From: Cyanobacteriota bacterium
GTDB lineage: Bacteria; Cyanobacteriota; Cyanobacteriia; Cyanobacteriales; Nostocaceae
DNA length: 64,000 nucleotides
Direction of reading: 5' to 3'
Assembly: GCA_046045965.1 (NCBI GenBank)
Contig: JBJOKS010000025.1
Span: 1 to 64,000, forward strand
Under the pieces are notes generated by a model. That model had not been told where the DNA came from. It saw only the letters and a list, made by a program, of their open reading frames with translations, and ran no database searches. Positions 43,201-53,775 of this stretch are shown here, piece by piece; the stretch's first letter is position 1; each line of letters starts with the position of its first letter. Made by a program: the position numbers and the translations under genes.

Positions 43201-43731
43201 ATGGCTGTGATCGAAACCGTTCCTAACGTCGTTTTCAAAACCCGCGTCCGTGACGAGTCCGTAGGCGGACCAAACCCTTTCCGTTGGCAAGATCGCACCA
43301 CTGAAGAACTGTTTGCTGGTAAGCGCGTAGTTGTGTTTTCATTACCGGGAGCGTTTACTCCTACCTGTTCCACCTCACATCTACCCCGCTATGAAGAATT
43401 GTATGCACAATTCAAAGCTTTAGGAGTTGATGCAGTAATTTGTATATCTGTAAATGATGCTTTTGTGATGTACCAATGGGGTAAACAACAAGGCGCTGAA
43501 AATGTTTTCTTGTTACCCGATGGCAATGGCGAATTTACCCGTAAAATGGGAATGTTAGTAGATAAATCTAACCTGGGCTTTGGAATGCGGTCTTGGCGCT
43601 ATTCTATGGTAGTTAATAACTGCAAAATTGAAAAAATCTTTACTGAGCCTGGTTTTGATGATAATTGTCCTACCGATCCTTTTGAAGTGTCAGATGCAGA
43701 CACCATGCTCAATTACCTCAAAAGTGTGTAA
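43201..43731 (+). CDS. Type II peroxiredoxin
   Basis: [19 protein letters not shown] and GMRSWRYSM motifs. Confidence 0.95.
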   Translation: MAVIETVPNVVFKTRVRDESVGGPNPFRWQDRTTEELFAGKRVVVFSLPGAFTPTCSTSHLPRYEELYAQFKALGVDAVICISVNDAFVMYQWGKQQGAENVFLLPDGNGEFTRKMGMLVDKSNLGFGMRSWRYSMVVNNCKIEKIFTEPGFDDNCPTDPFEVSDADTMLNYLKSV

Positions 43732-43891
43732 TTGGTGATTGGTAATTGGTAATTGGTGATGGGTGATTGGGTTATTGATATTCTGATCTCCATTACCATG
43801 CCAATCTATAATATAAATATTTCAGAATTGCAGATAACACAAAATCTAAAATTCACAATCTAAAATCCAAAATCTAAAATCTAAAATTGAT

Positions 43892-45244
43892 ATGACCTAC
43901 GATTTTGACTTATTTGTAATTGGTGCTGGTTCTGGTGGTATTGCTACAGCGAGAAGGGCAGCAGAATATGGTGCTAAGGTAGGAATTGCTGAGTTTGATA
44001 GACTGGGTGGAACTTGTGTAAATCGTGGTTGTGTTCCTAAAAAACTCATGGTTTACGCTTCTCATTTTCCTGAGTTATTTTCTGATGCGGAAGGATATGG
44101 GTGGAGTGCTGTTAAAAGTTCTCTAGATTGGGAAAAGATGATTACCGCAGTTAATAATGAGGTAAATCGTCTGAATGGAATTTATCAAAGAATGCTTGAT
44201 AATTCCCAAGTAGAAGTTTTAGAAGGATATGGAAAATTTATTGATGCCCATACAATTGTAGTTGGAGAAAGGCAAATAACAGCAGATAAAATATTAATAG
44301 CTGTTGGTGGTCATCCTACAAAACCTAACATTGTGGGCATTGAACACGCCATGACCTCTGATGATATTTTCCAGATGAAAACACAGCCAAAACGCATGGT
44401 AATTTTGGGTGGAGGTTACATTGGTACAGAATTTGCTTGCATTATGAATGGACTGGGAACAGAAGTTACCCAGATAACTCGTGGTGATATGATTTTGCGT
44501 GGTTTTGATGATGATTTGCGAAATGAAATTCAACAAGGAATGAGCAACCACGGGGTGAAAATTTACAATAATACTCAAATAATTGGCATTGAAAAAGACG
44601 CAGAAGGAATTAAAGTCAAAGTTCGCAAAGATGGCGATTCTGAAGATACAGTTGTTGTTGATGCTGTGAGTTTAGCTGCTCTTGGACGCAAACCAAATAC
44701 ACAAAATCTGGGTTTAGAAAATACCAAAGTTAAGCTGAATAAGGGCGCAGTTGTTGTTGATAAATACAGCCGCACAGATGAAGAGAATATCTATGCAGTG
44801 GGAGATTGTACGGACACGATAAATTTAACACCTGTGGCTATTAATGAAGGTCGAGCATTTGCTGATACTGTATTTGGTGGCAAGTCTCGCACCATGAGTT
44901 ATGAAAATGTTCCCACAGCAATTTTTACCACACCCGAAGCAGCTACAGTGGGTTTAACAGAAGCAGAAGCGCGAGAAAAATATGGTGATGCAGTGAAAAT
45001 TTATCGCAGTCGCTTCCGTCCGATGTACTATACCTTACCGGGTAAAGAAGAAAAAACAATGATGAAACTGGTGGTTGATCAGAATACCGATCAGGTACTG
45101 GGGGCGCATATGGTAGGAACAAGTGCAGCGGAAATTATTCAAGGAATTGCGATCGCGATTAAAATGGGTGCAACTAAAGCTAACTTTGATGCTACCGTCG
45201 GTATTCATCCTAGTTCGGCTGAAGAGTTCGTGACTATGCGATAA
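43892..45244 (+). CDS. gor: Glutathione-disulfide reductase
   Basis: GGTCVNRGCVPKK, LTPVAI and HPSSAEE motifs. Confidence 0.96.
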   Translation: MTYDFDLFVIGAGSGGIATARRAAEYGAKVGIAEFDRLGGTCVNRGCVPKKLMVYASHFPELFSDAEGYGWSAVKSSLDWEKMITAVNNEVNRLNGIYQRMLDNSQVEVLEGYGKFIDAHTIVVGERQITADKILIAVGGHPTKPNIVGIEHAMTSDDIFQMKTQPKRMVILGGGYIGTEFACIMNGLGTEVTQITRGDMILRGFDDDLRNEIQQGMSNHGVKIYNNTQIIGIEKDAEGIKVKVRKDGDSEDTVVVDAVSLAALGRKPNTQNLGLENTKVKLNKGAVVVDKYSRTDEENIYAVGDCTDTINLTPVAINEGRAFADTVFGGKSRTMSYENVPTAIFTTPEAATVGLTEAEAREKYGDAVKIYRSRFRPMYYTLPGKEEKTMMKLVVDQNTDQVLGAHMVGTSAAEIIQGIAIAIKMGATKANFDATVGIHPSSAEEFVTMR

Positions 45245-45298
45245 TGGTCAGTTATCAGTTAACTGGTAACTGATAACTGATCACTGGTAATTGATAAC

Positions 45299-47179
45299 AT
45301 GAGCATCTATCTATCGAAACAAAAATCTCAGAAAAAATCCCGCCAAAATGAAAATGACTGGCGGTTATTTTTGCGTTTAGTACCTTATGCTCGTAGCAGT
45401 GGGCGGTTACTGGCGCTTTCAATGTTTTTACTTGTACCTATTTCCATTGCTAACTCAGTCCAACCATTATTAATTGGACAGGCCATATCTCTAATTCGTC
45501 AAGAACCTAGTACCTACGAATTTCTTAAAAATCGTACATTGTGGGAAGGTTTAAGCATTATTCAAGGATTATTTCTGGTGACAATTGTTGTCAGATTATC
45601 ATTAACAGGTTTTCAGGGTTATCTGGTCCAAAAAGTAGGGCAAAAAATCACGGCTGCAATTCGTGAAGATTTATTTCATCATGTCACATCTTTAGCAGTG
45701 CGTTTTTTTGATCGCACACCTGTAGGTAAATTAATTACCAGATTGATTAACGATGTTGAAAGTTTAGGAGATGTGTTTGCAACTGGGGCTATTGGCATAG
45801 TCTCCGATTTGTTTTCTATGCTGGTAATTATTAGTTTGATGTTTTCTATCCAATCGCAACTGGCTTGTTTGCTACTATTAATTCTGTTGCCAATCACCTG
45901 GCTGATTATTTACTTTCAGCAACAATATCGCCTTGCTAATTACAAATCAAGAGAAGAACTATCAAAACTAAACTCCCAATTACAAGAAAACATTGTTGGC
46001 ATTAATATAGTGCAGTTGTTCCGCAGGGAAAAATTTAATGCAGAATTATTTCGCGCTACAAATAACAAATATATCAAAGAAGTTGATGCTACGATTTGGT
46101 ATGATTCTGCTGTTTCTGCAACCTTAGAATGGATAAGTTTGATTGCCATTGCTGGGGTGTTGTGGGTAGGTGGTTTGTTGCTATTAGGGCAAAATATCAC
46201 CTTCGGAATTTTATCATCATTTATTCTATTTGCCCAGCAATTATTTGATCCTCTGCGGAATTTTGCCGAAAAATTCACGGTTATTCAATCCGGGTTCACT
46301 GCAATTGAAAGGGTCAATAATATTTTAGATGAAACCATAGAAATTAAAGACAAAAATAATCCTCGTTTCTCAATTTTAGACACTAAGTTTGGTTATATAG
46401 ATGAGATAATTAGGGATTTAGAAGCACAAAATTTTCCTACTAATACTGAACTGGGAGAAATTCGTTTTGAAAATGTTTGGTTTGCCTACAAAGATGATGA
46501 TTATGTCATTAAAGACTTAGATTTTGTCATTCATCCTGGGGAAAAAATAGCTTTAGTGGGACCAACAGGAGCGGGTAAAAGTTCAATTATTCGGCTTTTA
46601 TGTCGGCTTTATGAACCCACACAAGGACGTATTCTCATTGATGGTGTAGATATTCGGGAAATACAACAAGCAGAACTGCGCCGTTATATGGCGGTAATTT
46701 TGCAAGAGGCTTTTTTATTTGCTGGTGATGTCAAGAGTAATATTACTTTAGGTGATAGTTACACTTTTGAAGAGATTGAAAAAGCCGCAGAAAAAACTAA
46801 TATAGCTGATTTTATTAATCAATTACCTCAAGGTTATGATACTCAATTAAGAGAGAGAGGGACAAATATCTCTAGTGGACAAAAGCAACTTTTAGCATTT
46901 GCGCGGGCTGCTATCCGTAACCCGCAAATTTTGGTATTAGATGAAGCTACCGCTAATTTAGATGTGGGAACAGAAGCATTAATTCAACAGGCATTAAATC
47001 AGCTTTTAACAAAACGCACTGCAATTATTATTGCTCACCGTTTATCAACTATTAGAAATGTAGATCGGATTTTTGTGTTGAAACGTGGAGAATTAATTGA
47101 ACAGGGAAGTCATGAACAATTGATAGCACAAGGTGGACTTTATTCTACTTTGCATAATTTACAAATGTTGGGAACTTAG
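45299..47179 (+). CDS. ABC exporter, fused permease/ATPase (MsbA/MdlB-like)
   Basis: 6 TM helices, GPTGAGKS, SSGQKQ and LDEAT motifs. Confidence 0.93.
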   Translation: MSIYLSKQKSQKKSRQNENDWRLFLRLVPYARSSGRLLALSMFLLVPISIANSVQPLLIGQAISLIRQEPSTYEFLKNRTLWEGLSIIQGLFLVTIVVRLSLTGFQGYLVQKVGQKITAAIREDLFHHVTSLAVRFFDRTPVGKLITRLINDVESLGDVFATGAIGIVSDLFSMLVIISLMFSIQSQLACLLLLILLPITWLIIYFQQQYRLANYKSREELSKLNSQLQENIVGINIVQLFRREKFNAELFRATNNKYIKEVDATIWYDSAVSATLEWISLIAIAGVLWVGGLLLLGQNITFGILSSFILFAQQLFDPLRNFAEKFTVIQSGFTAIERVNNILDETIEIKDKNNPRFSILDTKFGYIDEIIRDLEAQNFPTNTELGEIRFENVWFAYKDDDYVIKDLDFVIHPGEKIALVGPTGAGKSSIIRLLCRLYEPTQGRILIDGVDIREIQQAELRRYMAVILQEAFLFAGDVKSNITLGDSYTFEEIEKAAEKTNIADFINQLPQGYDTQLRERGTNISSGQKQLLAFARAAIRNPQILVLDEATANLDVGTEALIQQALNQLLTKRTAIIIAHRLSTIRNVDRIFVLKRGELIEQGSHEQLIAQGGLYSTLHNLQMLGT

Positions 47180-47187
47180 AAGCAAGA

Positions 47188-47238
<51 letters not shown>

Positions 47239-47293
47239 GATAAACAAATAACTTTCTATTCACTGTTCCCTGTTCACTGTTCCCTGTTCCCTG

Positions 47294-47788
47294 CTATAGC
47301 ATTTCAAACTTTAATTGATCAGTTTTGAGAAAATCATGGGTGAAATGATCGACCACATTTGTATCACTTAATTCCAAGTTATAAAAATCGACAAATTCAT
47401 GGTTAAAATATGGTCCAGCGTGCCAAGTTCCTACTTCTAATTTAATAAAACAATTTCCGGGAATGCGAAAAGCAGCAAGTTCTGCTAATACAGGTTCATT
47501 AACGTCGTTGTTAGGTGGACAAACTGCCATCAACCAATCTTTACCTTCTAAAGAACCTAAACATTGAGTACATTGGATATGACGAGTAATTTTATGAAAC
47601 TGCGTTCCTTTGTTGTGTAAACGCATAATATAAAAACGGGGGATACCATTTTGTAAATTTAATTGTGCATCTTCAGAATCAAAAGATTTTCCATCTTTAC
47701 TAGCAAATATTAGCTGTCCATAAGGCTGAAAATTTTCTGGTGTGATCAATTCTGCTTTTAGCTGTTTTAATGTCTGGGATGTATTCAT
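47294..47788 (-). CDS. allA: Ureidoglycolate lyase/hydrolase family protein
   Basis: ITPENFQPYG, TRH..CTQ and GTWHAGP cupin motifs. Confidence 0.8.
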   Translation of the reverse strand: MNTSQTLKQLKAELITPENFQPYGQLIFASKDGKSFDSEDAQLNLQNGIPRFYIMRLHNKGTQFHKITRHIQCTQCLGSLEGKDWLMAVCPPNNDVNEPVLAELAAFRIPGNCFIKLEVGTWHAGPYFNHEFVDFYNLELSDTNVVDHFTHDFLKTDQLKFEML

Positions 47789-48025
47789 AAAAAAAGCCTA
47801 AAAAAATCCATACAAGATTTATAATACCAATATTTACCAGTCTAGTTCATGAGGAATCAGTGATTTAGGAATTATGGAAGCTTGTTTTTCTTTATCTGAA
47901 GTTTTACTTGCTGTGAATCTGTCTTTAGTCAAAAGTAAAAAAATCAGATTACCTCTTTTAAAATAACGCTCATAGTTTTAAAGTATTTAAATAACAGAAA
48001 TAGACTATGTGTGTGAGGATGAGCG

Positions 48026-49087
48026 ATGATATCCAACTTAAATCGGCGTAAATTTATTTGGTATAGTTCTGCTACATTAGGTAATAGCTTACTGTTGAAA
48101 GCTTGCACTAATAACCCTACTTATAATCCAACTCCAACCTCAACAGCAACGAGTAATAATGAAGTATTGAAAATAGCGATCACACTTCCGGGAATTATTA
48201 CAGATCAAGCTTGGAATCAATCGGGTTATGAAGGTGTTAATTTAGCAAAACAAAAACTGGGTGCTGAAGTTGCTTATGTGGAAAATGTCACTCAAGCAGA
48301 TCAAGCAGAAGTATTAACAGATTTTGCCCGTAAAGGATATAATGTAGTGTTTGCTCACGGTGGACAATTTGATGCAGCAGTAGAACAAGTTGCTACACAA
48401 TTTCCTAATACTTTCTTTGTCGCTGTTAACGGTTCTATCAAAGGTGATAATATTGCTGCTTTGCGAATAGATCACCTGCAAGCTAGTTATTTGTGTGGAA
48501 TTATTGGTGCTTCTGTAACTAAATCTAACAAATTAGCTTACATCGCTGGACAAGAATTTGAAGCCACTCAACAAGAATTACGAGGATTTGAATTAGGTGC
48601 AAAATCTGTGAATCCAAATATTAAAATTACTTCTACTTTTACAGGTGATTGGAGTGATGTTGCTAAGGGTAAAGAAGCTGCTTTAGCTTTAATTTCTGCG
48701 GGAAATGATGTAATTTTTCAATGGTTAGATACAGCCTCAGCAGCAGTATTACAAACAGCAAATGATAAAGGAGTTTATGCTTTTGGGAATACTAAAGATC
48801 AGTTAGATGTTGCGCCGAAAGCAGTTTTAACTAGTGCGGTTAAACGGTTAGATTTAGCTATTACTTATTTAGCCGAATTAGCTCAACAAAAACAGTTAAA
48901 AGGAGAAATTTATACTATTGGTTTTGAAAGACCTGATATATTATATTTAGGTAAATTTGGGGAAGTTGTTCCAGAATCACTGGAAGAAAAAGCTATGGTG
49001 ATAAAACAGGAAATTATCGATCAGAAAATTACCTTTTTACCATGTAAGGAAGGAGGTAAAAATACCCGCTGTGTGCAGAAACTATAA
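48026..49087 (+). CDS. BMP-family (purine nucleoside-type) substrate-binding lipoprotein with a Tat signal
   Basis: NRRKF twin-arginine signal, lipobox LKAC, and DQAWNQSGYEG and GFELGAKSVNP motifs. Confidence 0.88.
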   Translation: MISNLNRRKFIWYSSATLGNSLLLKACTNNPTYNPTPTSTATSNNEVLKIAITLPGIITDQAWNQSGYEGVNLAKQKLGAEVAYVENVTQADQAEVLTDFARKGYNVVFAHGGQFDAAVEQVATQFPNTFFVAVNGSIKGDNIAALRIDHLQASYLCGIIGASVTKSNKLAYIAGQEFEATQQELRGFELGAKSVNPNIKITSTFTGDWSDVAKGKEAALALISAGNDVIFQWLDTASAAVLQTANDKGVYAFGNTKDQLDVAPKAVLTSAVKRLDLAITYLAELAQQKQLKGEIYTIGFERPDILYLGKFGEVVPESLEEKAMVIKQEIIDQKITFLPCKEGGKNTRCVQKL

Positions 49088-49107
49088 GTTTACAAAGTCC
49101 TAATACT

Positions 49108-49188
49108 TAGGAGATCGGCGTTAAAAATTGTCGTGATGACAAGGTAGGAGGTAAGAGGGAAGAGGTTTTCGGACAACTTTACTTTTCT
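49108..49188. mobile_element. Truncated MITE related to 18562-18663
   Basis: Shares GGxAGGAGGxAxGAGGGAAGAGGTTTT..TTTAC with the 18.6 kb element. Confidence 0.45.
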
Positions 49189-49394
49189 GGGTTAGGGGGT
49201 GTGTGTGACGTTATTTGATGCTATTGCGATCGCTTTTTTAAGTCGTGGTAATATTTGGAGTGTAGTCTTAACTTCCCTATGTTTTGCTTCCCTTCGCAGC
49301 GGTGCAAACATCATGCAACGTAACTGAGGACTGGAGGTATGGGATGTGAGCAATGACTAATAACTAATAACTAATAACTAATAACTAATAACCA

Positions 49395-50888
49395 ATGAAC
49401 ATATTTACATTATTTACCCAAGAAAACAATCATTCAGCCTTAATAACTCCTGATGGTGCTATCATTAACTATCAGCAGTTACGGGAAAATATCACTAAAT
49501 TAGTCTCTCAACTCCACAGTTTTGGCTTAAAAAAAGGAGACAGAATAGCCATATCTATGAATAATGGTACACCAATGGCAATCACATTTTTAGCATCGGC
49601 TTTGTGTGGAACTGCTGCACCATTAAACCCTAAATATAAACAAGACGAATTTAGTTTTTATTATCAAGATACCCAAGCTAAAGCATTAATTACATTACCC
49701 GGAACTTCAGAAGCAGCAATAGCAGCAACACCTGAGATGATGTTAATTAATGCCAATATTAATCATGATGGAACTTTAAACTTTGAATTAGTGAAATCAA
49801 CATCAGCAAAAACCATCAATACAGAACCGCCCGAAGCTGATGATATCGCTATGATTTTACATACTAGCGGTACTACCAGTCGTCCTAAACGTGTACCTAT
49901 TCGTCATCGGAATTTAATCGCTTCTGCTAATAATATTATCGGTGCTTATTCCCTGACATCTGCTGATATTACACTTTGTTTAATGCCACTTTTTCACATT
50001 CATGGTTTGGTAGGATGTTTATTAGCAACTCTCGCATCAGGAGGAACTTTAATTTGTCCCAATGGGTTTAATGCTTTGGAATTTTGGAAACTGGTAGAAA
50101 CCTATAAACCTACTTGGTATTCTGCTGCTCCTACCATGCACCAAACAATTTTAGCACGGGCAATTCGTAACTTACAAATTGTCAAAAATAACCCCTTCCG
50201 TTTCATTCGTTCTAGTAGTGCATCTTTAGCACCAGTTATCATTGAACAAATGGAAAATACTTTAAATTCTCCTGTTTTAGAATCTTACAGTATGACGGAA
50301 GCAGCGCACTTAATGACAACAAACCCTTTACCACCAAAAACTCGTAAACCAGGAACTGTGGGTTATGGTTTTAATGTGGAAGTTGGTATTATGGATGAAG
50401 CTGGAAATTTACTATCTCAAGGAAGTTTAGGAGAAGTAGTTGTTAAAGGTGCAAACGTTATTGATGGTTATGAAAATAACCCCGATGCTAATGCAACAGC
50501 TTTTGTTAATAGTTGGTTTCGTACAGGAGATCAGGGAACAATTGATGAAGATGGATATTTGCGTTTAACGGGTAGAATTAAAGAATTAATTAACCGGGGT
50601 GGAGAAAAAATTTCACCTTTAGAAATTGACGATATTTTATTACGTCATCCTGCGGTTTCTGAAGCTTTAGCTTTTGCTGTACCTCATAAAAGTTTAGGTG
50701 AAGAAATTCATGCTGCTGTGGTTTTACAAGGTGAAATAACTGAAAAGGAACTGCAACAACATTGCTCAACTATGTTGGCTGATTTTAAAGTACCTAAACA
50801 AATTCATATTTTAGAAACTTTACCTCGTGGTGCGACGGGTAAATTACAACGTTTAGCGATGGCGAAATTATTGAATATTTCTGTCTGA
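49395..50888 (+). CDS. Acyl-CoA synthetase, oxalate-CoA ligase (AAE3/Pcs60)-like
   Basis: LHTSGTTSRPK, MPLFHIHGL, FIRSSSASL, YSMTEAAH and INRGGEKISP motifs. Confidence 0.85.
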   Translation: MNIFTLFTQENNHSALITPDGAIINYQQLRENITKLVSQLHSFGLKKGDRIAISMNNGTPMAITFLASALCGTAAPLNPKYKQDEFSFYYQDTQAKALITLPGTSEAAIAATPEMMLINANINHDGTLNFELVKSTSAKTINTEPPEADDIAMILHTSGTTSRPKRVPIRHRNLIASANNIIGAYSLTSADITLCLMPLFHIHGLVGCLLATLASGGTLICPNGFNALEFWKLVETYKPTWYSAAPTMHQTILARAIRNLQIVKNNPFRFIRSSSASLAPVIIEQMENTLNSPVLESYSMTEAAHLMTTNPLPPKTRKPGTVGYGFNVEVGIMDEAGNLLSQGSLGEVVVKGANVIDGYENNPDANATAFVNSWFRTGDQGTIDEDGYLRLTGRIKELINRGGEKISPLEIDDILLRHPAVSEALAFAVPHKSLGEEIHAAVVLQGEITEKELQQHCSTMLADFKVPKQIHILETLPRGATGKLQRLAMAKLLNISV

Positions 50889-50976
50889 TAGCGTAGCGTG
50901 GCGTAGCCATATCAGGATTTTCAGGATTGTGATTACAGGGACTGGCTGAGGTAAAATCTCAGCAGTAGTCATCTTG

Positions 50977-53700
50977 TTATTTGTTAGGAGATTTGAGATA
51001 ATTTGCATCAATTGAAACAAATTTACCATCCTGAATCTGCACAAGCACAGCTTCGCCCTGACGCTCTCTTTCTTGTGTAAACTGAAGTGGATAACCGGAT
51101 GTATCACTTTCGGAAAGTTTAACATTCTGTAATCCTTCTAATACCGTAGTTCGAGAAGGATCATTAGATAAAGCTTTAATCAAAGCCTGAGTAGCATCAT
51201 AGCTGGTGGCAGTACGCCAACTAATGCCTCCTCTCCAGAATTGCTCGGATTTTTTAGCAAAGTTTTTAGCTTGTGCAGTTTCTCTAAACCAAGGTACTGC
51301 AATTACTAAACCCTGTACATCCTTACCACCTCTGACTAAGGTTTCATTGTTATAAAGAGTATGTCCAGCTAACATTTTTAATTCTTTAATTTGCCCAGGT
51401 TGAGGATTATTCTTAAGTTTTTCGTTTCTACTTTTGATCTCTTTAGCAATGTTAATGGCAATATCTGTGTTTTGCGTATCTGGAAATAAAAGTGCTGCTT
51501 CTGCTTTATCCGAATATACACTTTTAGCAACTTCTTTTTCCGCATCAAATGTATTAGCAGTTAAATCAATTAGTGGTTTACGAACTACCTCACCTCCTAG
51601 TTTTTCAAAATAGTTTGTAAATGTCTCTCTGACGCTGTTACTATATGGGCTATTAGGATTAGCAAAAACTACTGCTTTTTTTAATTGCAGATTCTTATAA
51701 GTATAATCAGCTAATTTTTGACCAGCAATTTCATCTGAATAAACTGTTCTAAAGAAAACAGGGTTTTTTAGTAAAATGCTAGTGCTAGTGGGAGAAATTA
51801 CTGCTAATCCTGCTTTTTCATATTCTGGTAGTGCTGCTTTTGTAGCATCACTGGAATTATGTCCAATTACTCCCAGTATTGAAGGATCTTTAACTAATTC
51901 CTCAGCTACTTGTTTTGCTTTTTCTGATTCGTTACTATCATTAGCAATGATTATTTCTAATAATCTACCATTGAAGCCTTTATTTTTATTGAATTCATTT
52001 TGTGCTTGTGCTACACCACGTAATATTTCTTGAGCATTATTGATGTTATTAACTGGCACAACCACTGCTAAAGTAAAAGGAGAACCCTGTTGACGAGCTA
52101 GACTATTGTTGTAGTAAATTAGCACTTCTGGATCATAGGGATTTGCTTTTACAGCTTGATTAAATAATTCATATGCTTGTGCGTAATTTCCCTTTTTAAT
52201 ATTTTCAATTCCCTGATCACGAGGGATATTAGTAATATTAGGGAAGAAAGTTTTATTACTACGACTAATATTAATATTCTGTTCTGTTGTACAAAAAATA
52301 CCTAATACCTTTTGTTCATTTGTTAAACAAGAGGTAGAACGATACAGAAAAGCAACCATAATAGCCAAAATAACTGCAACTATGGGTGCTATTTTGATTA
52401 GATTTAAAATAATCGGATTAAGTTTTGTTGAATTACTGTTGCTAGATTCATTCAATTCATAGGGAACATAACGAATATTATCCGTATTTTCTTCTGTATT
52501 TTCAGTTATGATATTTACTTGATATTGATATGATTGATTTGCTGTTTCGTCACTAGAATTTTTTTTTTGCTCAAACTCAAATTTATCTAATTCATTAATT
52601 TCTTCTCTTAGTGGGTGACGTTGTATGATCCAGCGACGTACTAATTCTATTTTTATTTTCTCCTCTATTTCATCTAAAAAACCATTATTTCTTAGAAGTT
52701 GCTTTGTTTCTATAATCAATTTATTATCTGTATCCGGTCTCAATCTTCTTATTAATTCGATATAATCTTCTGAATTTTCTTGAGCTTCTGCTATTGCTGC
52801 AAAAACCATTTTTTCTGGAATAGAAAATCCGTCCCAAAACCATGCTAAACCGGCTTCAGCCAATTCAATTGCTTTGCTGGTTATAGCTTCTACATCTTCA
52901 CTACTAACTTTCCATTGATTATTTTCTCGCGCTCTACCAAAAATACTAAAACATATTGCTTGGGTAAAATAGGGATGTCCTGCTGATAGATTAAAAATGG
53001 CTTTTATTGCATCTTTTTCATACTCAATGATATTTTCCGCTGGTTTAATAATTACATCTTTGGTACTGTTCTTGTCTAATAAACCAATTTCTTTAATAGG
53101 TACATCCCTAAATATCTTACTTATCCTTGAGTTATTTACTGATTTTTGTTCTATAAATACAATCAAAAATAATTTTCTATTAACTTTAATTGTCGCCAAC
53201 AAATATTTATAAACCTGTTCTAATAATAATTCTGAATCCTGATTATTTAGTAAGGCATCAAATTCATCAAGTAACAATACTAAATTTTTGTTTTCTAATG
53301 ATTGATATACTTGCGGTAAAAATTCATGGGAAAAAATTTCAGTATTTAATTCTAGCTCTGTAATTTCCGGTACTTTGATATTTTCATCATCCAAGGAGAG
53401 GTCACTAATTACTTCTTTAGCTAACTCTGCTAAAATTTTACTCAGCGAGTCTTGACTATAATATTCTAAATTAAATCTAACAAAAACAAACTTATTTAAA
53501 TCTGGAAGTTTATTAGGAATATTCCGAATGATAGATGACTTACCAATGCGTCGTTGACCATATAACAAGATGACTTGTTGACCTTGCTGGAGGTAATCAT
53601 TAATAGATAAAAATAGGCTTTCTCGCCCAAAAAAGAACTGTTGGTCTATTGGACGACCAATAATGTATGGATTCCTTTGAGGCTTGGAAGAAGTAATCAT
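50977..53700 (-). CDS. STAND-like ATPase, TM helix, TPR, type I periplasmic-binding domain (receptor A)
   Basis: NPYIIGRP, Walker A GQRRIGKS, Walker B LLLDEFD, GHP motif, TM IAPIVAVILAIMVAFL, and LivJ-like ILGVIGHNSS and VISPTST motifs. Confidence 0.88.
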   Translation of the reverse strand: MITSSKPQRNPYIIGRPIDQQFFFGRESLFLSINDYLQQGQQVILLYGQRRIGKSSIIRNIPNKLPDLNKFVFVRFNLEYYSQDSLSKILAELAKEVISDLSLDDENIKVPEITELELNTEIFSHEFLPQVYQSLENKNLVLLLDEFDALLNNQDSELLLEQVYKYLLATIKVNRKLFLIVFIEQKSVNNSRISKIFRDVPIKEIGLLDKNSTKDVIIKPAENIIEYEKDAIKAIFNLSAGHPYFTQAICFSIFGRARENNQWKVSSEDVEAITSKAIELAEAGLAWFWDGFSIPEKMVFAAIAEAQENSEDYIELIRRLRPDTDNKLIIETKQLLRNNGFLDEIEEKIKIELVRRWIIQRHPLREEINELDKFEFEQKKNSSDETANQSYQYQVNIITENTEENTDNIRYVPYELNESSNSNSTKLNPIILNLIKIAPIVAVILAIMVAFLYRSTSCLTNEQKVLGIFCTTEQNINISRSNKTFFPNITNIPRDQGIENIKKGNYAQAYELFNQAVKANPYDPEVLIYYNNSLARQQGSPFTLAVVVPVNNINNAQEILRGVAQAQNEFNKNKGFNGRLLEIIIANDSNESEKAKQVAEELVKDPSILGVIGHNSSDATKAALPEYEKAGLAVISPTSTSILLKNPVFFRTVYSDEIAGQKLADYTYKNLQLKKAVVFANPNSPYSNSVRETFTNYFEKLGGEVVRKPLIDLTANTFDAEKEVAKSVYSDKAEAALLFPDTQNTDIAINIAKEIKSRNEKLKNNPQPGQIKELKMLAGHTLYNNETLVRGGKDVQGLVIAVPWFRETAQAKNFAKKSEQFWRGGISWRTATSYDATQALIKALSNDPSRTTVLEGLQNVKLSESDTSGYPLQFTQERERQGEAVLVQIQDGKFVSIDANYLKSPNK

Positions 53701-53775
53701 TTCTTGATCATAACTCTAAAAGGGTAATCTCAAGCGTCAATTTTCACTTTTCGTAAAATTTTGTAAAATTCATAT

